From positions 32,054,001 to 32,118,000 of the forward strand of contig OZ004609.1 in assembly GCA_963924565.1 (NCBI GenBank): a DNA stretch of 64,000 nucleotides, written 5' to 3'. This DNA comes from Ascidiella aspersa. Taxonomy: Eukaryota. The notes beneath the pieces were generated by a model, which worked only from the letters and a program-made list of their open reading frames with translations, did not search any database and was not told the origin of the DNA. Positions 1 through 9,122 of this stretch are shown in pieces. Both the position numbers and the translations under genes were made by a program. Every line of letters starts with the position of its first letter. Positions within the stretch are counted from its first letter, which is position 1.

Positions 1-105
1 AGGGCGATTGTAAAATGACTATATTGTTGTTCTGTTAAAAGTGTGTCGCGAAATATTTAAGATATTTTTAGTGTGCCGCGAGCGAAAATAGTTTGGGAAC
101 CACTG
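1..105 (-). mobile_element. hAT-type MITE end (same family as 12144-12441)
   Basis: Ends gtttgggaaccactg; its reverse complement matches the first ~105 nt of 12144-12441. Confidence 0.8.
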
Positions 106-574
106 CTCTATAGTTTTAGAATCTAAAATTTATACTATAAAAATGACCAAAAAAAATTAGGCCAAAATGCCTTATGATTTTTCTGACATCAACCAGGTTA
201 AAAAAGATTTTTGTTGTCAAAAAAGCCATTCTGGCAAGCCTTGTACGTATGTCTACCCAATACTTTTCAGGTGTCGGTCTGTGGTTCGTATTATTTTTTA
301 TATTACCATTATTTTTTTTCGTTTTTATATTACGTAGGCAACCTATTGAAAGTGTCGTGTAGGGCCTGGTCAAGAATGGAATCATACATTATTATATGTT
401 ATACAAAAGTGTGACTTCTTTTGAAAGAATGCTTTAAATATCCTTATTTTGACAAGCTGGTAAGAATATAGGAATTGGTAATAATGGTATACAAGTGTAA
501 TTTAAGAAAAAACAAGGCCTAAAAGTTTTATTTAAATGAGCCGCTGGTTGGGTTAAATTAAATTATTTGCTGAT

Positions 575-698
575 GCCGTCCGCGGTTTGTAATAGCCTAA
601 ATTTACTTTCCTGAGCATTTGTTGTTTTTTAAGGCCGGTCCGCGACAAAATTTTAGTTTTAAACCGGTCCGCAGTGCAAAAAAGGTTGCCGACCCCTG
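575..698. mobile_element. Partial hAT (Charlie-like) MITE end
   Basis: Repeated (cg)gtccgc motifs ending aaaaggttgccgacccctg; the other end was not found. Confidence 0.55.
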
Positions 699-1318
699 AT
701 ATAAGGGATAGCAATTTGTGTGAAAACCAGCAGTTACCGTAAACATACTGTTCATCGTCGAGTGCGGGTCGCGCACGTTACGGAGACAAAATTATTGTAC
801 GTGTACGACACGTTGGTACCTGTCAGTAGGTCTGCTGTTTTACCGTTGTCGCAATAAATATTCTTCCATTGTGGTTAAGACCCACAGTTCCACACTTACT
901 ACAGTTTTTGTTGCAGAGTTTCGGGCCTTACAGTCTTTGGACCCTTTATGAAAAAAGTTTAGTGACCACCCTTTAAATTAAAAGCTGGGAACCATGAACT
1001 ACAACAAACTCAATAGGCCTACCTGTAATAATATGTGGTTAGGAGTGTGAAAAGCAACTGGTCACCAGGCGGAGATAAGAAATCCGTGAAGGCGATTTGT
1101 CACTTTCAAACTAAACAAAAAAGTATATTTCATTCACTGGAAAATTACAAACATTTTAATTTTAAGTTTCTCACACGGCATTTGGAAAAATGGGTTTACG
1201 AGTTCGTTTGCTAATTGTAGTTGAACGGTTAGTAAACCGCAACCCACTAAAACAACTTTTTTGTTTCGATATAATTCCAGTGTGTCGTGTATCTGAATTT
1301 ACTTACAATGTTCTAGTT

Positions 1319-1568
1319 CAGTGATGGCGAACCACTGACCCTCGGACCCACCACACATTTTTAATGACCCACTTGTCTCTCTAGAAATACCGAAATGTTA
1401 TCAATCATTTTCAAGAAAGGATAAATGTAAAAAAATAGTTCTGCTCAAAGTTTCGCGTAAACCCATCACCAAAGTTTTGCGTGAAATTAGCATAGAGTTA
1501 ACTATATGATCCACTTAGGCATTTTGTAAGGATTAAGATCGTGTTTGTGAAAACGTTCGCCATCCCTG
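1319..1568. mobile_element. hAT-type MITE
   Basis: TIRs cagtgatggcgaac / gttcgccatccctg; both flanks begin ttcta (eroded TSD). Confidence 0.7.
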
Positions 1569-2383
1569 TTCTATAGTTTAATATGTGATCACTTTTATTC
1601 TTACGTTCGTATCCTGGTAATGTGCGATTATAAACGCTTGAATCGCCCGTTTTTCTTGTCGGAAAATCAAAATTATAAACACAAAAACTTTGAACACTTA
1701 ATTAGGTAATTGCTAAACACAGTTTAGGGGATTGTAGCCTATTCTCAAACTTTCATTTCAGTGTTTCTCAAACGTTTTTGCATGGCCGCTTTAAGCAAGA
1801 ATTTATTGAAGAATACTAAATAAGGCTGGCGGCAAAACATGATTTCTCACCTTGTTAATTTATTTTTTCTGTTGGTCAATTTTCCCTTTCGTCTATTGAA
1901 ATCAAATATCAGTTTTTTTAAGACATTTTTCTCTAATTTCTTCAACAAGATAACAAAAGTAATCAATAAATTTCGACATAACATTTTTCCTATTATTAGA
2001 TGCTCGATTCGTTAGGAGGGAATCAGACAATGGAACCAAATTAGACCGGAGAAAAGACCTTCGTCAACTAACCTAAAAGTTACCCATTAAAAATTTTACA
2101 GCGTAGCCTATGGGCACGTAGCCTACGTTGCCTAAAATAGCAGTTCGTTATAATTTCATTGTATTCGTTCACACAGTCAATCAATATTTATAACAGAAAA
2201 CACAAGAAGCAAGTCATTTCAGGTTGCGCCAAGACGCGTCCGGCCGCTCTAATTGCTTCATTAGCAGCTAAAGCCGACCAACACGAAGGTATGTCACGGC
2301 CGTCGAGTATAACTATACGACAGAGCGACAAACACCATCCAGTTCTGTGGAGCACGTAGATCGCAGTAGAGATCAAGCTTAAA

Positions 2384-2589
2384 ATGACATCCAGCAGAGC
2401 TGCTCGTGGGGATGAGCCCAGTTTGTACCGCTTCGCCGATATGTACCAGTCTTCTGAGTTTGCTAAAACTTTGTTCGACGAAGTTGCCCAAATCTCTGAC
2501 GTGTGGTACGTTATAACCGGTTCGTTGCTGGCCATCGTTGCCGTCTTCAGCATAATCTGCAACACCTTGACATTGTGTTTTTACCCGAG
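2384..2589 (+). CDS. Opsin exon 1 (N-terminus, TM1)
   Basis: ATG at 2384; encodes ...QISDVWYVITGSLLAIVAVFSIICNTLTLCFYP; donor AG|GTAAGT after 2589, phase 2. Confidence 0.85.
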
Positions 2590-3427
2590 GTAAGTGTGGT
2601 GACGTTTAACGACCAAATTGTAGTGGGAAAGGGAGATTTTTTCATTACAGTCGTAGCTTATATACCAGGCTGTATGTCACCCTTTGTGTAATTCCATGTA
2701 TTGTACGAGCTTTCGTTGTGTCATTCCCCCCGACGAAGGCGACCTGCATAAGTTGCCGAAACGTTGGTAAAGAATTACAATTACCAGAGGAGCTGTTTTT
2801 TATTTTAACTATCACGCAATGTGTCACCTCTGTTCAATTAATTCTAGGGCCGAATTGTATTCGTTTTTCCCAGGCTTCAACAAACGTTTTAAATAAAAGG
2901 CAAGATAACTATAAAGAAGGTCGCAGGCATGATGCAGCATTTTGTGTCACACTTTATAAGCAAACATGAAAAAATAATTATAAAACATTCAGTGAGCTTT
3001 ATACAATTGTCGTTTAGTTAAAATGACTTTAAAATTTGGATTAGATTTGCATCTGACAAATATTTCCGACAATAAACTATATTTCAGCCACATTTAGGAA
3101 ATATGCCACGGACCGGAAAAAAAACTTAGCCATGGGTATAAGTTTCATAGTCCCTGGTTTGAGTCATTGGCTCACTGACCCTTGGACTGGGAATTAACCG
3201 ATTGTTTTGTAAAATAGTAATATGTTAAAATTTACTTAAGTCCACTTTTTTTGTCAATCGCTTGTGTGCTCTAATTGTAGTTCTAAAGTCTAGTCTGGGG
3301 TTCACCAAAAATGCTACTTTGTACCACGGCATGTATCGTTCTTCAGTCAAAGAATTTGAAATAATACAATTTGGCCGGAACGATTTGTATTTTTCAGTAG
3401 GAAAAGTATGGGATAGTGTTAAAACGA

Positions 3428-3506
<79 letters not shown>

Positions 3507-6500
3507 AGCTTATTTAGCCTACCATTTGCATTATTAGAAGAAGAATTTTCGATTTTACTTAAATTGATTGTTTATAAATTGAATGTAATTTGATTTCAAA
3601 TTCTAGTTTAAATTCTGTTTTGTAATCTTATTTGAAAAAAATGAATTGAACTAATTTTAAATCAAATCTAATTTAAAAAAGCCAAAATAAAAATAGTTGT
3701 CCAAGTGTGTGTTTTATCTTTGTAATGTGTTTTGCCATTCTGTTTTTTTCTGGGTTCCTTTTCGAAAAGTAATGTTTATATTCAACAGACAACGCTTCGT
3801 TTCAGAATATACAGCACGCGACGAAAACGCGTTATCAATCTGCCCGTGATTTCACTTACCATTTCCAATCTCGGAATAAACCTCTCGAATTTTCCGTTCA
3901 TGATTTGGTCGAGCGCCTACAGGGGCTGGCAGTTCAGCGCGACAGGTAAGCAGGGTTGCGAACAGGGCTGCAGAGTCGGTTAAAAATAATCCGAGTCCGA
4001 CTCCGGCCAAAAAAATAAACCCGGGTCCGATTCCAGAGTCCCGAGTCCGACTCCGGTCAAATGTGCGATTTCCAAGTCCGAACCTGTCGACTCTACAACC
4101 TGTATTCCGACAATTTACGTAACTAAAATAACGTCGATATTCAGCAATCCATAGAGGTGTCGTATAAAAATTCATTCACCTACAAATGGTTGGAAAAGAT
4201 TCCACCATATGTTATTCCATCTTTACACTTTCCAGTAGGCGGCCAAATCAGTTTAAAATTTTGGTACTGCCCATTCGCATGTCGAGATTGGGACTCGGGA
4301 AGTTTTACGTGGTCTTACTCGAGTGCCGAGTCCGACTCCAGCAAAACGAACCGACTCATCGAGTCCCGAGTCCGTTTGCTTAGCTGGAGTCGGACTCGGC
4401 GCTCGAGTAAAACCACGTAAAGCTACTCAAGTCCCGAGTCCGGCGTGCGCATGCACAGTACCAAACTTTAAAACTGGTAACGCTGCCAATCGTAAATTGT
4501 AAAGGCGGAATAGCACATGGTAGAATATTTTCCAACCATGTTTTGCTGATAGAATATTTTCCAACCATGTTTTGCTGATCGGACTCAGGTTCCTTTTTTT
4601 AAGTTGGACTCGAGCTCATTTTTTGGTTGTTGTTGCCGGACTCATGTTTTCAACCGACTCCGGCAGATATAAGGCGCTTTTCTCACGTTTGAGGATGAAA
4701 CACGCATGCAGTCATGGAAATCGATTCTCCGTTTCAATTTTCCTTTAATATTGAGTCGCGAGTCCGCTTTGGCAAACAACAGGACCTGCTTTCTTTCAGT
4801 GTGCAGAATAGCCGGGTGCCTGGGCGGAACCTTCGCCTTCATGCAGATCGGAACTTTAGCTCTGCTTGTGCACCAAAGATATCGAGCAACTACCAGCATG
4901 ATGCCAATCAAAGTACGCACTCGTTACCAGGTGCTCACCATTGGAGGAGTGTGGCTAGCTTCGTAAGTGTTTTGTAGTGAAATTTGTAATGACTCAAGTC
5001 ATCGACTTCGTTTCTTACAAGTCCCTGTTTTCAAATGACCTGACCTGACTTATGTCGTTTTGGTAAAATAGCTTCACTCGTCTTAAGGTTTTTAAACAAA
5101 GGCCTTGGCTTGGACTTAAATCATCAAGTGAAATGACTTGGGTTGAAATTACGTGGTTTTATATAACTTTTTGTTCTAAAATTGAGCTATTCATCTCAAT
5201 TGTTGCACGTAACACAATCAGATTGCTACAAGTTGGGTTTTCCTATATTTTTTAGTTGACTTATTGCTTCTAATCGGGCGAGTTAACCATTTTAAAGGTT
5301 CATCGTTTAATTTTGGTATTAGTAATTTGATTTGAAGATGAATTGCTTTAATAATGGCTTGACTGGGAATTGACTTGTTATTTTTTTGAAAAGACTTGCT
5401 TAAATAATTTCAAAATAACTTGTTTACAACACTGAAAATTCTAAACTAAGTAATTCAAGTCCAATCATTTTTAAACTGACATTGATCTTATTAAGTATTT
5501 TGCAAAAATAATGTCAAGTCGTTAAGGCCTTTAATGCGTTAACCCGATTAATCAAGTAGGCCTACAATGGATTATAAACTAAACTTAAAAGATTAAAAGC
5601 GTTATATTATATTTTATCATTATTTTATTATTTTTTTTAGATTTTCGTTGGCTGTTCTGCCGCTTTTTGGAGTGAGCAGCTTCGTTCTGGACGGCCTAAT
5701 GGTCAGCTGCACCTTCAACTACCTCGAAACCACACTTTTCAACCTTATATACATCGGATGCATAATCTTACTAGGATTTATCGGTAGGTTTAGGTAATTT
5801 ATTTGGTAAGCTCAGACCTGTTGTTTTAAATAGGCGAGCCCGCTGTCAGCAGCGGTTCTGTCAATAGAATTAGAACTTATTTTTTCACTTCTAAGAGTTG
5901 CATGATTTTGACGAATTTCCATTAACCCCTTTCAATACTGTAAAATAAGGACTTTAAATCAGGGAAGCGAAAAAATCGGCACCGGATATTATGACCCGAT
6001 TTTGTGCCAACTCCGAAACTGAACCGAATATTGTAAAAGCACTTAAACCTTGGCCGAACCCGTCAAAAATTCGGTTCACTGCAGCATGACTTAGCAACGA
6101 ATATACAAAGATGTTCTACATAAACGTTGACCAAATGTTTAAGCTGGTTAACTATGTAGTAAGTATGATAGTCTATACATGTATAGATACACAGTTTTAG
6201 GCTGACGCAAGTTAGTTTTATTGAACCCCAATCGAATATTTATTAACCCATGTTTAAATAAGTTGAACTGAAACTAAACCGGAGCGTTTAAATTTCCCTG
6301 AAATGAAGTCGGAACTGAACCGGATTCTAACAAATCTGAAGTCAAATGGTTCGACACCCTGCTTTTTTCATCTTTCCGTGCATATTATTAGCAGTGTTGT
6401 AAAGACTTGAGGCAATTACTTGACTCAAGTGAACTTAAGTCACTTCATGTTACATAAATGAAAAAAAAATAATTAACAATTTGCTTTGTTTTTGAGGTTT

Positions 6501-8917
6501 ATTTGGCGAAAAAAATGCTTAGAACAGATCAGAACAGGTTCATTTATTTTGTAAGTTCAACATTCAGTTTAAAAGCTAATTACGTGACGTTTTTGACTTG
6601 TTGTAGCAATGACTTGCTGATTTGGGTACCTAAAGACTTTGAATAGGACTGGACTTACGTTATGTTGTTTTGCATATCACTTGACTAGGACTTGAGTCAA
6701 TTAAACATGACCTGTTTGCAACACTGCGCATTTACCACTCGATCGGGTAAAAAAAACGATGCAAGGTACAGTTTAAGACTTTTATTGAAACATTCAGCAT
6801 ACCCAAATTTACCGTTCCAGTTCCCTTGGCGCTGATATCCTTCTGGTTCGGACGGATCTTTCGCCTGAGCAGGCTGAGTGGCTTGCAAATGCGTGGACCT
6901 GCCGTGATAAGGAGCAAGTTCAGGCAGAGGCAGTTCAGACTGGCCGCCACCGCCGCCCGAAATATCGCATGCTTTTGCTTCAGCTGGACGCCTTACTGCA
7001 TCATCACTATAATCGCCGCTTGTGGACAGGTAAGGTTCATACATACCGCAAATGCACAACCGAACACTATCTTGATTTAAAAGCATCGGTAGCACGTTAA
7101 TCGCATGCACCTCTGAGCCTGTTTCCAAGGACATGGATGTCTGGTTTATATAAAACAAACCATTATCTTCAATGAATCACTGTAGCCTACACCTATTTGC
7201 CATATGATGATTCAACTAGCGCAGACATATAGTTTCAAACAAAACTTCGACACTACATCATCATAAAGTTGTCTAAAAGTTTTTTTGTAGTATGTGAATC
7301 CGATGTTAATCCAATCGTTTTTCGCACCTTTCAATCCAAACGTTATAGTTGTTTTCTGAAATGTCAACCAATCGTTTTAGTATTTTGTCCACATATCACC
7401 GATTGTTACAGTTGTATTCTAAAATGCGAATCGAATCGTTTTAGTATTTTGTTCAACATACTAAACCAGTCGTTTCAGTAGTTTGTTGTCATGTCAATCC
7501 AATCGTTTTAGTATTTTGTCCAAAATATCGATCCGATCGTTACAGTTCTTTTCTCAAATACGAATTCAATCGTTTTAGTATTTTGTCCAACGTATCAAAC
7601 CGATGGGTTTTTTGCTGATAATTTAATTTAATTGTGGTAGTATTTTGTCGAACATATCAAACCATTACAGTTGTTTCCTGGTTATCAATTCAATCCATTT
7701 AATTGTTTTTCAGCACATCAATCCAGTCGTTGCAAACGTGGCCGTCATCACAGCCAAATGCTCCACAGCGCTGACCGCCATCTTGTATGTGACGAGCCTT
7801 CCGGAATTTTCGCGCTTGTTCAAAGTCGCAGTGCCTTTGGAAAAGCCTTCAACCAGTAAGCAACATGTTCGATACTTGGCATTATGTTCCGGTACCGATG
7901 GACAAAGATCGTTGCTATGCATAGGGAAGCAAAATATAAATAAAATTATAACGTTTAAAGGTAATTTTTTTCAGGTTCTTATTCCAAGATTTCCTTTAGC
8001 GTTACGACGTTTACTAACCTTCAGTTGTTAACTTACCATTTGTTGATAAATTTACCTTTTTTTTAGGTAAATTCACCTTTTTAAAGACAAGGTCTTTTAG
8101 GTTTCCAAAATTTGCTTTAGCATTACGGATTTTAGTTACCTTCAGTCGTTTATCTGCCCTTTTGTAGTGTATTTACATTTCAAGGTAAAAATCACTGCGT
8201 TGAATCGCAAATCACGGCTGAGATTATTATATTAATTTGTATCAGATCGGAAACCGATGCCACATGGTATCGAAAAAGAGCGATATTGAGGTATTGGCTC
8301 CGATCGGATCGGGTATTATCAGACATCTCTTGATAACATTTAGTTTGAAATAAGCTATTGTTGCCAGGCATAAAATATAACGGAGTGTTGCTCTTCCGGC
8401 AACACGCCGCCAGCACAATGAACGTAAAAACTGACGTTCTAATGCCCATTAGCTATCGCGCGCTCTTACACCAATGAGCGTTGGTGCGAGTTTTTAATCG
8501 CACGAATTGTTGCTTTTTGATTTATAAGGAATCTGTTTTACATGTAACGTCAGTATCCTGATGAAGACGTTCTGTATAGCACGTCGAAACGTCGATCTAT
8601 TATATATTCTGCTGGAAGAGCAACACTCCGTTATATATAGTTTGAAGTTTAAAAATATACTCTCAGAATTCCTCCGTGAAACGTTATCACAGCTCATTAT
8701 AAAAAGGCGTATAAATCTATTAAAACCATTTACCACGTTCAGTAAAGCTTAGATAGTTGTGAACTTAAATTGAAGTCCTAAATAAAGTCATTGTAAACGT
8801 AGTTCTGCTAAGGGTTTTCAATAACATTCCACCCAACTTATTTATCCAGTGCGAAGCTTCGCGACAACTAAAAGATCTTCTGAAACTGAACGACACTACT
8901 GTTCTACCGCTCTCTAG
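2384..8917 (+). CDS. Divergent rhabdomeric-type (Gq/melanopsin-like) opsin, 7-TM GPCR, 7 coding exons, 356 aa
   Basis: Exons 2384-2589, 3806-3945, 4800-4962, 5641-5783, 6821-7029, 7714-7855 and 8850-8917 are all GT-AG with compatible phases (2,1,2,1,0,1) and total 1071 nt. Opsin motifs: TM1 Asn, WQF..C110, RY, ECL2 PLFG..LDG..SCTFNY, TM6 FSWTPY, TM7 AK(296), helix-8 SLPEF. Segments resemble squid rhodopsin/melanopsin as recalled (NFPFM, GGTFAFM, CIILLGF.P, RLA). Confidence 0.9.
2723..2801 (+). ncRNA. Hammerhead-like motif, family B (CCGACGA core variant), with 3' tail
   Basis: CCGACGA-A-GGCGACCT(gcat)AAGTTGCC-GAAA-CG-TT-gg followed by the tail aattacaattaccagaggagctgtttt; homologue at 47290-47403. 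Confidence 0.55.
3431..3498. repeat. (AC)34 microsatellite in opsin intron 1
   Basis: Direct reading. Confidence 0.98.
3806..3945 (+). CDS. Opsin exon 2 (ICL1, TM2, ECL1)
   Basis: Acceptor tttcag; encodes IYSTRRKRVINLPVISLTISNLGINLSNFPFMIWSSAYRGWQFSAT; donor G|GTAAGC. Confidence 0.9.
3963..4666. mobile_element. Palindromic foldback element in opsin intron 2
   Basis: Terminal inverted gagtcggtt.aaaa / tttt.aaccgactc; many gagtccgactcc units; internal ~160-bp inverted arms ~4183-4342 / ~4383-4542; 29-bp tandem duplication at 4521-4578. Confidence 0.75.
4800..4962 (+). CDS. Opsin exon 3 (TM3, ICL2, start of TM4)
   Basis: Acceptor ttctttcag; encodes VCRIAGCLGGTFAFMQIGTLALLVHQRY...GGVWLA; donor TC|GTAAGT. 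Confidence 0.9.
5641..5783 (+). CDS. Opsin exon 4 (end of TM4, ECL2, start of TM5); absent from the ORF track
   Basis: Acceptor ttttttttag; encodes FSLAVLPLFGVSSFVLDGLMVSCTFNYLETTLFNLIYIGCIILLGFI; donor G|GTAGGT. Confidence 0.92.
5960..6361. mobile_element. MITE-like element with CAGGG..CCCTG ends and aaccg repeats
   Basis: Ends cagggaagcgaa / ttcgacaccctg; repeated gaaccg/aaaccg. Confidence 0.5.
6392..6726. mobile_element. MITE family rich in GACTT/AAGTC motifs; related copies at ~4975-5434 and ~59660-59803
   Basis: TIRs cagtgttgtaaa / tttgcaacactg; the same end (tttacaacactg) at 5423-5434; gacttaagtc clusters in all three. Confidence 0.6.
6821..7029 (+). CDS. Opsin exon 5 (end of TM5, ICL3, TM6)
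   Basis: Acceptor gttccag; encodes VPLALISFWFGRIF...QFRLAATAARNIACFCFSWTPYCIITIIAACGQ; donor CAG|GTAAGG. Confidence 0.92.
7300..7700. repeat. Degenerate minisatellite with ~65-67-bp period (dimer of ~33-bp subunits) in opsin intron 5
   Basis: aatcgttttagtattttgt recurs at 7370, 7434, 7501 and 7568, with a degenerate copy near 7631. Confidence 0.85.
7714..7855 (+). CDS. Opsin exon 6 (TM7 with Schiff-base Lys, helix 8)
   Basis: Acceptor gtttttcag; encodes HINPVVANVAVITAKCSTALTAILYVTSLPEFSRLFKV...; Lys codon AAA at 7756-7758; donor A|GTAAGC after 7855. Confidence 0.88.
8375..8636 (+). mobile_element. Penelope-like pseudo-LTR fragment (family A) with a hammerhead motif and 27-bp inverted ends
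   Basis: Inverted repeat 8375-8401/8610-8636 (1 mismatch); CCAAT at 8471; TTTATAA at 8521; hammerhead core 8558-8593; second copy at 39815-40045 on minus. Confidence 0.7.
8551..8611 (+). ncRNA. Minimal type-I hammerhead ribozyme motif (family A)
   Basis: atc-CTGATGA-A-GACGT(tctgtatagc)ACGTC-GAAA-CG-TC-gat: intact core, palindromic ACGT in place of helix III, GUC site after 8593. Confidence 0.75.
8850..8917 (+). CDS. Opsin probable terminal exon 7 (Ser/Thr-rich tail ending STAL)
   Basis: Acceptor ttatttatccag; the phase-1 join gives MRSFATTKRSSETERHYCSTAL*; AATAAA at 9117-9122 downstream. Confidence 0.6.
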
Positions 8918-9116
8918 CGGCTGGAGCCAGGATGCTGATTTGGTCGCTTATCATTTATTTTACCTTTTTTGTTTCGTTGTATCGTGCTTAGAGCGTCTTT
9001 GAACCACTGTCATCTTGTTAATTTGTTAAACTTGGTGAAAAAGTTGTATACTAACTTGCGTTTCATAAATTGTGTGTGAAAAGTAAAATGTTATGTTCCG
9101 AACTCTCATTTGTACA

Positions 9117-9122
9117 AATAAA
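9117..9122 (+). terminator. Candidate polyadenylation signal of the opsin gene
   Basis: AATAAA about 200 nt after the predicted stop. Confidence 0.5.

Noticed and set aside
3225-3537. ORFs with CVCVCV / HTHTHT runs
   Set aside because: These are translations of the (AC)n microsatellite.
4157-4568. Two similar ORFs on opposite strands ending YSSAESDSS
   Set aside because: Artefact of the inverted arms of the foldback element.
6697-7158. 153-aa minus-strand ORF
   Set aside because: Antisense shadow of GC-rich opsin exon 5.
7300-7700. Repeat-spacer appearance like a CRISPR array (~66-bp period)
   Set aside because: The intervening segments resemble each other and the repeat, it lies in a spliceosomal intron, and there are no cas genes; it is a minisatellite.
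8561-8752. Similar short ORFs MKTFCIARRNVDLLYILLEEQHSVI and MKKSCIARRNVDLSYILLEEQHSVI (39707-39889)
   Set aside because: The similarity comes from the shared ribozyme-bearing repeat, not from a protein family.
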